Shown here piece by piece: positions 7,561 to 14,261 of a stretch of 14,718 bases of DNA. The stretch lies in NCBI GenBank assembly GCA_050183505.1, contig JBFXBG010000099.1:1-14718 (forward strand), read 5' to 3'. The notes under the pieces are model-generated. The model saw only the letters and a list, made by a program, of their open reading frames with translations, made no database searches and was not told the origin of the DNA. The stretch's first letter is position 1. Every line of letters starts with the position of its first letter. Source of the stretch: Gemmatimonadales bacterium. GTDB taxonomy: Bacteria > Gemmatimonadota > Gemmatimonadetes > Gemmatimonadales > GWC2-71-9. A program made the position numbers and the translations under genes.

Positions 7561-7702
7561 AAAAGCGAGTAAGGGGTAAGAAGTGAGAAGCAAGAAGGGG
7601 GGAACGCCGCGGTGCGGGGTCGGGGGCCGATCTCCAGCCGTCTCCTCCGTTCACCGGTTCCGGACCCCGGCTACTTCACCCCCCCTTCTTCTCCGACTTC
7701 TC
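7561..7702. repeat. Purine-rich/pyrimidine-rich inverted repeat F (GTAAGAAG/GTGAGAAG units). Left arm 7561-7602. Right arm about 7674-7702, inside the last codons of the SPFH gene.
   Basis: aaaagcgagtaaggggtaagaagtgagaagcaagaagggggg against cttcacccccccttcttctccgacttctc. The centre carries the short palindromes ccgcggtgcgg and ccggttccgg. Confidence 0.55.
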
Positions 7703-8533
7703 GGGAACCCGGAACTGGGGCAGCGCGAGCGACGCGTCCGGGGGTGAGAGTTTGGCCGGCTCCCCCGCCTGTTCCGGGCCGCCGGCCCGGCCTTCCATGG
7801 CCTTGATGAACGGCTTGAACAGTTCGATCGGAATCGGAAATATCGTGGTCGAGTTGTTCTCCGCCGCGATCTCGGTCACCGTCTGCAGGTAGCGCAGCTG
7901 GATGGCGCTCGGCTCGCGGGCGAGAGTATGCGCCGCCTCCGCCAGCGTCTGGGAGGCCTGCAGTTCCCCCTGGGCCGCGATGACCTTGGCGCGGCGCTCC
8001 CGCTCGGCTTCCGCCTGCCGGGCCATGGCGCGCTTCATTTCGGTCGGCAGGTCGACGTCCTTCACCTCGACCGCGGAAACCTCGATGCCCCAGGCGTCGG
8101 TGCGCTCGTCGATGATCCGTTTCAGGATGCCGTTGATCTTCTCCCGGTCGGCCAGCAGCTCGTCCAGCTCCACTTCACCCAGGACCGAGCGAAGGGTGGT
8201 CTGGGCCAGCTGGCTGGTGGCATAGCGGTAGTCTTCAATTTCGATGATCGCTTTTCCGGGCTCGCTCACCTTCATGTACAGGACGGCGTTCACCTTGACC
8301 GAGACGTTGTCCCGCGTGATCACGTCCTGCGGCGGGATGTCCAGCGCCATGATCCGCAGGCCCACCCGGCGCATGTGGGCGAATCCGGCGGGCACGAACA
8401 CCAACCCGGGGCCCTTGGTCCCCCAGAAGCGGCCCAGAAAGAAGGTGACGCCCCGTTCATACTGCTTGATGATCCGCAGGCTGGCGAAGGAGTAGGCCAC
8501 CGCGCCGGCCAGAAGGGCAAGCATGACTTCCAT
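7676..8533 (-). CDS. SPFH / Band-7 domain protein (stomatin/prohibitin/HflKC family, QmcA/YbbK-like)
   Basis: 285 aa. N-terminal TM segment, then [16 protein letters not shown].., [23 protein letters not shown]..., and a coiled-coil [20 protein letters not shown]. This is typical SPFH architecture. A GGGGAGTTTCC leader lies 8 nt before the ATG. Confidence 0.93.
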   Translation of the reverse strand: MEVMLALLAGAVAYSFASLRIIKQYERGVTFFLGRFWGTKGPGLVFVPAGFAHMRRVGLRIMALDIPPQDVITRDNVSVKVNAVLYMKVSEPGKAIIEIEDYRYATSQLAQTTLRSVLGEVELDELLADREKINGILKRIIDERTDAWGIEVSAVEVKDVDLPTEMKRAMARQAEAERERRAKVIAAQGELQASQTLAEAAHTLAREPSAIQLRYLQTVTEIAAENNSTTIFPIPIELFKPFIKAMEGRAGGPEQAGEPAKLSPPDASLALPQFRVPEKSEKKGG

Positions 8534-8545
8534 AGGAAACTCCCC

Positions 8546-8639
8546 GGATTGAGGGATTGCGGATTGCGGGATCGAGAGACCGGGATCGCGAAGCCGGGCA
8601 ATCCGCGGAATCCCTCAATCCCCCGATCCCTCAATCCCC
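8546..8639. repeat. Intercistronic inverted-repeat element C (GGATTGAG/GGATTGCG octamer type), nearly contiguous arms
   Basis: ggattgagggattgcggattgcgggatcgagagaccgggatcgcg aag ccgggcaatccgcggaatccctcaatcccccgatccctcaatcccc. The right arm contains the thiolase stop codon. The left arm ends 12 nt before the SPFH ATG. Confidence 0.8.
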
Positions 8640-9839
8640 GTACGCTTCCACGATGACCGCCGCGCCCTGTCCGCCGCCGATGCAGGCGCTTCCCAGTCCG
8701 TACCGGAGTCCGCGGCGCCTGAGGGCGTACAGCAGGTGCAGCGTGATCCGGGTGCCGCTGGCGGCAAGCGGGTGGCCGATCGCGATGGCGCCGCCATCGA
8801 CGTTGGTCCGTGCGCGGTCCAGCCCCAGTTCCTTTTCCACCGCCAGGTACTGGGCCGAGAAGGCCTCATTCACCTCAACCAGGTTCATGTCCTTGATCGA
8901 CATGCCGGCCCGGGCCAGCGCCTTGGTGGCGGCCGGGGCCGGTCCGATCCCCATGTACTTCGGTTCCACCCCGGCGACTGCCCAGGCCACGAGCCGGCCG
9001 AGCGGCTTCACCCCGGCGGGGACGGCGTCTTCCCCCGCGATCACGACGGCGGCACCGCCATCGCAGATTCCGGAGGCGTTCCCCGCGGTGACGACTCCGT
9101 CCTTCTTGAAATACGGCGGCAGTTTGGCCAGAGCTTCCGCCGTCGTGTCCGGCCGCATGTGTTCGTCCTTGCCCCAATCCACCATCTGGCGGCTCTTCCG
9201 GTCCTTGACCGGCACCGGCGCGATCTCGTCGGCAAAGGCGCCCGAGGCCCACCCGTCCCGGGCCCGGGTCTGGCTGGTCAGGGCGTACTCGTCGACTGCC
9301 GCCCGGGGGATCTGATACTTGTCCGCCAGGTTCTCCGCCGTTTCGGCCATGGAGAATCCGCACTGGGGGTCCTTGAGCGACTCCCAGAGCAGGTCTTCGA
9401 ACGGCGGCGCCGGGCCAAGCCGCAGGCCCCACCGGGCGCCTCGTACGACGTGCGGCGCCTGGCTCATCGATTCCGCGCCGCCGGCCAGCACGATCTTCGA
9501 TTCACCCAGCAGGATCTGCTGAGCGCCCTGGATGATGCTCTCGAATCCGGAACCGCAGAGGCGGTTGACCGTGACCGCCGGCGTTTCCGTGGGCAGGCCG
9601 GCCCGGAGAGCGACATGCCGGGCCAGGTAGATGGCATCGGCCGAGGTCTGCAGCGCGTTGCCGAAGACCACGTGGTCGATGGCGTCCGGCTTCACCCCGG
9701 CCTGGGCCAGCGCGGCCTTGGAGGCGAACACGCCGAGCTCGGTGGCGGTGAAATCCTTGAGTGTCCCCCCAAAGCTGCCAAACCCGGTGCGGGCGCCGGA
9801 GAGGAACACCACGTCCCGGGACTGTCCTTGAGTCTTCAT
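8631..9839 (-). CDS. Acetyl-CoA C-acetyltransferase (thiolase II)
   Basis: MKTQGQSRDVVFLSGARTGFGSFGG..NRLCGSG (active-site Cys)...GNASGICDGGAAVV..AIGHPLAASG..CIGGGQGAAVIVE. ATG at 9837-9839 is preferred over the ORF-track TTG at 9854, which adds only MPQNT. Confidence 0.95.
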   Translation of the reverse strand: MKTQGQSRDVVFLSGARTGFGSFGGTLKDFTATELGVFASKAALAQAGVKPDAIDHVVFGNALQTSADAIYLARHVALRAGLPTETPAVTVNRLCGSGFESIIQGAQQILLGESKIVLAGGAESMSQAPHVVRGARWGLRLGPAPPFEDLLWESLKDPQCGFSMAETAENLADKYQIPRAAVDEYALTSQTRARDGWASGAFADEIAPVPVKDRKSRQMVDWGKDEHMRPDTTAEALAKLPPYFKKDGVVTAGNASGICDGGAAVVIAGEDAVPAGVKPLGRLVAWAVAGVEPKYMGIGPAPAATKALARAGMSIKDMNLVEVNEAFSAQYLAVEKELGLDRARTNVDGGAIAIGHPLAASGTRITLHLLYALRRRGLRYGLGSACIGGGQGAAVIVEAYGD

Positions 9840-9863
9840 TGTATTCTGTGGCAAGAGTTTAGA

Positions 9864-9882
9864 CGCGTTCAGAACGAACGCG
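9864..9882. promoter_or_regulatory. Perfect 7-bp inverted repeat CGCGTTC-N5-GAACGCG in the thiolase 5' region. Candidate operator.
   Basis: acgcgttcagaacgaacgcg lies 10-28 nt upstream of the TTG/ATG of the thiolase gene. A G8 tract (9897-9904) lies a further 15 nt upstream. Confidence 0.3.
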
Positions 9883-9951
9883 AAATATGCCCGGAAGGGG
9901 GGGGCGATTCACGGAAACCGGTCTGGGGGTGCTGCGGGAGGGGAAGGGGAT

Positions 9952-9978
9952 CCGGCCGGCGGTTACCCCGCCGGCCGG
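9952..9978 (-). terminator. GC-rich perfect hairpin (11-bp stem CCGGCCGGCGG, loop TTACC) 10 nt downstream of the secreted-protein stop. Candidate intrinsic terminator or RNA-stabilising stem without a U-tract.
   Basis: ccggccggcgg ttacc ccgccggccgg read directly. It is followed by the thiolase upstream region, so it plausibly separates two transcription units. Confidence 0.5.
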
Positions 9979-9988
9979 ACCGGACCGC

Positions 9989-10405
9989 TTACTCGTGCGG
10001 TTCCTTGGGAACGGGCCGCTTCTCGTAGAGGGTCAGGGTTGCGGTGTTGCCGGCGGGGAAATCCCGCACCCGGATCTCGTACATGGCCGTTTCGTAGGGC
10101 CGGAGGTCCCAGAGGGTCCCGCCGGTGACCGAACTTCCGGGCACCGTGGTGTTCAGGTATGGCTGCTGAACCGAGCTCTTGACCGGCGACACGGTGAAAC
10201 GAACCCGGCCGTAGTTGGTTGACAGCCGGTACTGGTGGCCCTGAACGAGTTCCACCCGGAGGTATTCCCCACTGCCTCCGGTAAAGCTCTGGGCGATAAT
10301 CGGAACGTAGGTGCTGTCCTGAGAGGCCGCCGCGGCGTCCTTCTGGGCGGCGGCCGGTACCGCGATCAATGACGCAAACGCAAGTGTCGCAATGGCTTTC
10401 CGCAT
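9989..10405 (-). CDS. Small secreted protein of unknown function (Sec signal peptide MRKAIATLAFASLIAVPAAAQ, mature part about 117 aa)
   Basis: The strongest Shine-Dalgarno in the window is GGGGAGGT, 5 nt before the ATG. Noticeably more A/T-ending codons than neighbouring genes. A perfect 11-bp hairpin lies 10 nt after the stop. Confidence 0.8.
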   Translation of the reverse strand: MRKAIATLAFASLIAVPAAAQKDAAAASQDSTYVPIIAQSFTGGSGEYLRVELVQGHQYRLSTNYGRVRFTVSPVKSSVQQPYLNTTVPGSSVTGGTLWDLRPYETAMYEIRVRDFPAGNTATLTLYEKRPVPKEPHE

Positions 10406-10437
10406 ATATACCTCCCCGACTTCGTTTCAGACGATGC

Positions 10438-11502
10438 CTAGCCCACACTCTCCAGGAGGGCGGCGGCCACCTCGTGGGTCGTGTTCGATCCGCCAATATC
10501 CGGGGTGGTCGGACCATCATCCAGGACCCGTCTGACCGCGTCCTCCAGCCTTCTGGATGCACCAGGATGTCCCAGCGACTCAAACAGGAGGGCGCCGGTC
10601 AGCACCGTGGCCATCGGGTTGGCGACGCCTTTGCCGGCGAGAGGGGGAGCCGAGCCGTGAACCGGCTCGAAGAGGCCGGCCCGGCCGGGATGCAGGTTGG
10701 CGCTCGCCGCCACGCCCAGGCCGCCGACCAGCCCGGCCCCGAGGTCGGAGAGGATATCCCCGTAGAGGTTGTTGGCGACGATGACCTGATACCGGTCGGG
10801 ATCCCGTACCAGGTCCATCGCCAGGGCGTCGACGTACCGATGCTCCCGGGCGATTTCGGGAAACTGTTCGCCGATCTCGGCGAAGATCCGTCCCCAGATC
10901 CGCTGAAACGGTACCGCGTTCGACTTGTCGCACAGGGTTATCCGGGAGCGACCCCGGCGCGCGGCCCATTCGAACGCCGCCATGATGATGCGGTGGACGC
11001 CCTTGCGGCTGTGAATCTCCTCCGAGATCTGTTTCTCGTCCGCGGTGCCCTCGGCCTCCGCCCGGCCGAATCCCTGATACTGGCCCTCGGTGTTCTCTCG
11101 AAAAATGGCGATGTCGATATCGTGTTTCCCGGCCAGGGGCGTGAGCCTCGGGTGCAGCAGCTGGACCGGCCGGAAGTTGATGTACAGGTCCAGCCGGAAC
11201 CGGAGTCCCAGCAGGATGTCCCGGGCGTGCTCATTGTCCGGTACCCGGGGATCGCCCAGCGCTCCGAGCAGGATGGCGTCGACGTCGTCCCGGAGATGCC
11301 GGAAGGCATCCTCGGGCAGGGTCACGCCGGTCTGGAGGTAGTGATCCGCCGAGTAGGGGAGCATTTCGAGGGCGAGCTGGACGTCCTCGAGGGAAGCCGC
11401 CCGCTCGATCACCGGCAGAGCCGCATCGATGACTTCAGGACCGATCCCGTCACCGGGGATCACCGCGATGTGTAGTGTGGGCATCAGAAGGGTAAGAGGC
11501 AT
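10438..11502 (-). CDS. Isocitrate/isopropylmalate dehydrogenase family enzyme (3-isopropylmalate- or tartrate-dehydrogenase-like)
   Basis: HIAVIPGDGIGPEV N-terminus and the family signature NLYGDILSDLGAGLVGGLGVAASANL. An alternative start at the ATG ending at 11484 (MPTLHIAVIPGDGIG) fits family N-termini better than the ATG at 11502. Confidence 0.9.
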   Translation of the reverse strand: MPLTLLMPTLHIAVIPGDGIGPEVIDAALPVIERAASLEDVQLALEMLPYSADHYLQTGVTLPEDAFRHLRDDVDAILLGALGDPRVPDNEHARDILLGLRFRLDLYINFRPVQLLHPRLTPLAGKHDIDIAIFRENTEGQYQGFGRAEAEGTADEKQISEEIHSRKGVHRIIMAAFEWAARRGRSRITLCDKSNAVPFQRIWGRIFAEIGEQFPEIAREHRYVDALAMDLVRDPDRYQVIVANNLYGDILSDLGAGLVGGLGVAASANLHPGRAGLFEPVHGSAPPLAGKGVANPMATVLTGALLFESLGHPGASRRLEDAVRRVLDDGPTTPDIGGSNTTHEVAAALLESVG

Positions 11503-11603
11503 TCAGTGAGAGGTGAGAAGGACCGGTCAATGGCATGCCGCGCTGGGCGGAGCGACAAGGGTCCGGCGATTCCTTCCCGCTCCTTCTGTCTCACTTCTCA
11601 CTG
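11485..11603. repeat. Purine-rich/pyrimidine-rich inverted repeat E (GTAAGAGG/GTGAGAGG/TGAGAAGG units) between the zinc-ribbon gene stop and the dehydrogenase start
   Basis: cagaagggtaagaggcattcagtgagaggtgagaaggaccgg ... ccggcgattccttcccgctccttctgtctcacttctcactg. The right arm includes the stop codon at 11598-11600. The left arm includes both candidate start codons. Confidence 0.6.
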
Positions 11604-12455
11604 CTCGATTGGGTGTCCACAGGTCACGCAGAACTGCCAGCCGAGTTCGACCTCGCTGTCGCATCCGGGGCACTTGATGGACGACTGACTCTCCCCGCAG
11701 TGGGGGCAGAACTTGATGTCGCGCCGGGTGGGCAGGGAGCCGCCGCAGAAGGGACAGCGGCCGGGCGTACGCGGGGGCGGGCTCTCGGCAATGCCGCCGG
11801 CCGGAGGGTCTTCCATGGCAACGGGCTCGATGGTGGCACGGGTCCAGCGCACGGAATCGAGTGAGTCGGCGTCGTCGCGGGCCTGGTTGTCGGCCGTCTC
11901 GTGTTCCGGCGGAGCGAAGGCGGTCTCGGGGTCGGGACCGAGGGCGAAGGCGAGTCGATCGGTCGCCAGGATCAGGCTGGTCCCGCCCAGTTGTTCCAGG
12001 ATCCTGAGATCGGGATTGGGGCTGCCGGCTTCCGTGGCGAACGCTTCCTGGATGTCGGCCGGATCGGTACGCACGAATTTCCCCTCTCCGGCGCACAGCC
12101 GGAGGACCAGCATGTCGTAGTCCTCATTGCTGGCCAGACCCAAGGCGCGCCGATTGGTCCGGTAGGGGACGATCGTCTCGATGATCTCGCCGATCGGAAC
12201 CGGCCGGTGCAGCCGGGCCGGATCGATCGCGATGAGATTGTCGACCAGCCGGCGGAAGAATCGCTCGAGGTCGGTCACGGGCCGTGAGGGAACGGGGAAT
12301 CGATCGGTCGCTGCAATTTCCACTTCCTCGGGGCGTCCAGCAAGCGCCCGGACGGAACCTGTCTCGGCCGGTGCCGGGGTGAACTCAGCGTGCCTCCGCC
12401 AGCGGCAGGCGCTCGCCGGCAGCGAGCCGATCGGCGAGGACGTCGAAGGCGGCAT
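11598..12455 (-). CDS. Hypothetical protein with a C-terminal double zinc ribbon (four CxxC pairs) and an uncharacterised N-terminal domain
   Basis: C-terminus CPFCGG..(14)..CPHCGE..(6)..CPGCDS..(9)..CVTCGH. The ORF-track start at 12455 overlaps rnhA by about 70 nt, with a low-complexity N-terminus. An in-frame GTG at 12321-12323 is a plausible alternative start. The true start is uncertain. Confidence 0.6.
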   Translation of the reverse strand: MPPSTSSPIGSLPASACRWRRHAEFTPAPAETGSVRALAGRPEEVEIAATDRFPVPSRPVTDLERFFRRLVDNLIAIDPARLHRPVPIGEIIETIVPYRTNRRALGLASNEDYDMLVLRLCAGEGKFVRTDPADIQEAFATEAGSPNPDLRILEQLGGTSLILATDRLAFALGPDPETAFAPPEHETADNQARDDADSLDSVRWTRATIEPVAMEDPPAGGIAESPPPRTPGRCPFCGGSLPTRRDIKFCPHCGESQSSIKCPGCDSEVELGWQFCVTCGHPIEQ

Positions 12456-13014
12456 CGGGATCGTACTGCAGGTATTTCCCCCGCTCCCGCTGTACCTCCA
12501 GCCAGGCCGCGAAGCCCGACCCCACCGGCCCGGCGGAACTCTCCTGCCGGCGGGCCGCCCCGACGGCCAGGCTGTCGGCGTATTCGTTCTTGGGATGCCC
12601 CGCGTGGCCCCGGACCCAGGTCCACTGCACGTCGTGGGACCGGGCCGCCTCCACCAGCCGCTGCCAGAGTTCCAGGTTCTCTATGGTGCCGCCCTTCCGG
12701 CGCCAGCCCCGGGCCTGCCACGAGGGTACCCACTCCCGGATCCCCTTGACCAGATACTCCGAGTCGGAGACCATCAGCACCCGGAGCCGCCGGCCCCGGG
12801 CTGCCAGCGTCTCGAGCGCCAGGGCCGCCCCCGAGAGCGCCATCCGGTTGTTGGTCGTGGCCGGGGAATGAAGGAAGAGGTCCCGCCGCTGAACGCCGCT
12901 CCGGGTACGCAGCTCGATCAGTGCGCCCGCCCCGCCGGGGTTTTCGCCCTCGCGGCCGTTGCCGAGACAGCTCTCGTCGAGGTGGAGGACAGCAATGGGA
13001 TGTTGGACGGACAT
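12385..13014 (-). CDS. rnhA: Ribonuclease HI, with a C-terminal extension of about 55 aa
   Basis: MSVQHPIAVLHLDESCLGNG..GAGALI..TTNNRMALSGAALALE..VSDSEYLVKGIREWVPSWQARGWRRKGG..ENLELWQRL..VQWTWVRGHAGHPKNEYADSLA matches RNase HI end to end, including the DEDD catalytic positions. Start taken at ATG 13012-13014. The track's TTG at 13068 only adds a translation of the repeat element. Confidence 0.9.
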   Translation of the reverse strand: MSVQHPIAVLHLDESCLGNGREGENPGGAGALIELRTRSGVQRRDLFLHSPATTNNRMALSGAALALETLAARGRRLRVLMVSDSEYLVKGIREWVPSWQARGWRRKGGTIENLELWQRLVEAARSHDVQWTWVRGHAGHPKNEYADSLAVGAARRQESSAGPVGSGFAAWLEVQRERGKYLQYDPDAAFDVLADRLAAGERLPLAEAR

Positions 13015-13094
13015 TGAGGGATTGAGGGATTGAAGGATCGAGGGATTCGGCCGACCGGGCTCCCTCAATCCCTCAATCTATCAATCCCTCAATC
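13013..13094. repeat. Intercistronic inverted-repeat element D (GGGATTGA x4 octamer type), wedged exactly between two genes
   Basis: cattgagggattgagggattgaaggatcgagggattcgg ccgaccggg ctccctcaatccctcaatctatcaatccctcaatcc. The left arm begins with the reverse complement of the rnhA ATG. The right arm contains the phosphoesterase stop codon (tca at 13089-13091). Confidence 0.85.
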
Positions 13095-14261
13095 CAAGTA
13101 CATCGCAAACCCCTCCACCGCCTCCCCATCTTCTCCGACCTCCAGCACGCCCAGCCGGGTCCGGCCGTCCCGGAGCAGGTCGATGCGCATGAAGCCGGCG
13201 CGCGCCGAAGCGTAGAGGGTGTAGTCGCGATAGCCCGCCGGCCCCTCGTGTCCGAAGATGCCCGCGCCGCTCACCAGCTGGTAATGGACCCCGTCGAGCT
13301 TCAACACCTGCAGGTTGTGGTCGTGACCTGAAGCGTAGACCAGCGGCCGGTAGATCCGGAAGACCTGCTCCAGGCCGTCCCGGAGTTCCTGGTAGAGCGG
13401 GCCGGAGACATCCTGATTGGTGGCGCCGCCCTTGCGGAGGACCTTGTCGTACGATCCCACGATGGGCAGCGGGATCCAGAGCCAGGGGGCCAGCCGCCGG
13501 AGCGGGAAAAGGTGGGCCGTGAGCCCGTAGTAGCCGCCGTGTTCCGCCACGCTTTCCAGCGGGTGGTGGCCGGCGACGATGACAACCCGGTCACCGGCGT
13601 TGGCGAGCGCCGCCGCGAGGGAGTCGGCGATCTGATCGGGCGTGTCCGTGGGGCAGCCCGATCCGCCCACCGGCTTGGCGAACTCGTGGACCCACCACTG
13701 GGTGTCGAGGAAGACGAGCCGGAGACGCGGGCCCGGATCCCGCACCACCGGCCCGGGGCAGCCGCCGGCCGGGTACATCCGGACCAGCGGCGCCCCGACG
13801 CTGTCGATGAAGGCCGATTGCCGCCGGATGGCGTTCCAGCCGTCGCGGCCCATGCGTCCCCAGTCGTGGTTGCCGGGGATGAAGACGGTCGGAGTGCCGG
13901 TGCCGATTCCGACCGCGATCTGCGCCAGCAGCCTCCCGGAGGCCTCGGCGTAATCCTTCGCCTCGGGGGCCGGCAGCCCCGACGGGTAGAGGTTGTCGCC
14001 CAGAAAGACAATCAGGCGCCGGGTGGGAGCCGTCGAGGCGAGTCGCGCCAGGGCGCGAAGGACCGGCTCATCCGGGCCGGGTTCCCCGGCATCCCCGATG
14101 AGAAACACCGAGGTCTCGATCGCGGAATCTTCCGGAACCGGGACGAGCGATGGCGCCGGCCGCTGCGGGCCGCAGGCCGCGGCCCAGAGGCCGGCGAGCG
14201 CGACCGCCTGCCACCGGAATCCGCGGCGGCGGTTCAGCGCCACCGGTAGACCGTGAGCCAC
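13089..14261 (-). CDS. Calcineurin-like metallophosphoesterase, probable lipoprotein
   Basis: Metallophosphatase motifs GDAGEPG, GDNLY, GNHDW, GHHP and GHDH. N-terminal signal with a ...ALAGLWAAAC lipobox-like Cys. GTG start at 14261, or GTG at 14243, which would give a cleaner signal peptide. Confidence 0.88.
   Translation of the reverse strand: MAHGLPVALNRRRGFRWQAVALAGLWAAACGPQRPAPSLVPVPEDSAIETSVFLIGDAGEPGPDEPVLRALARLASTAPTRRLIVFLGDNLYPSGLPAPEAKDYAEASGRLLAQIAVGIGTGTPTVFIPGNHDWGRMGRDGWNAIRRQSAFIDSVGAPLVRMYPAGGCPGPVVRDPGPRLRLVFLDTQWWVHEFAKPVGGSGCPTDTPDQIADSLAAALANAGDRVVIVAGHHPLESVAEHGGYYGLTAHLFPLRRLAPWLWIPLPIVGSYDKVLRKGGATNQDVSGPLYQELRDGLEQVFRIYRPLVYASGHDHNLQVLKLDGVHYQLVSGAGIFGHEGPAGYRDYTLYASARAGFMRIDLLRDGRTRLGVLEVGEDGEAVEGFAMYLD

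Noticed and set aside
13015-13068. ORF-track TTG start (13068) for rnhA, adding MREPGRPNPSILQSLNPS
   Set aside because: The extension is simply the translation of the GGGATTGA repeat arm (…QSLNPS…). Canonical RnhA begins at the internal MSVQHPIAVLHLDESCLGNG.
13013-13094. MITE or transposon interpretation with target-site duplications
   Set aside because: I could not find convincing direct duplications flanking any element: no TA, TTAA or longer TSD. There are no transposase or integrase ORFs. A non-autonomous element is still possible but unsupported.
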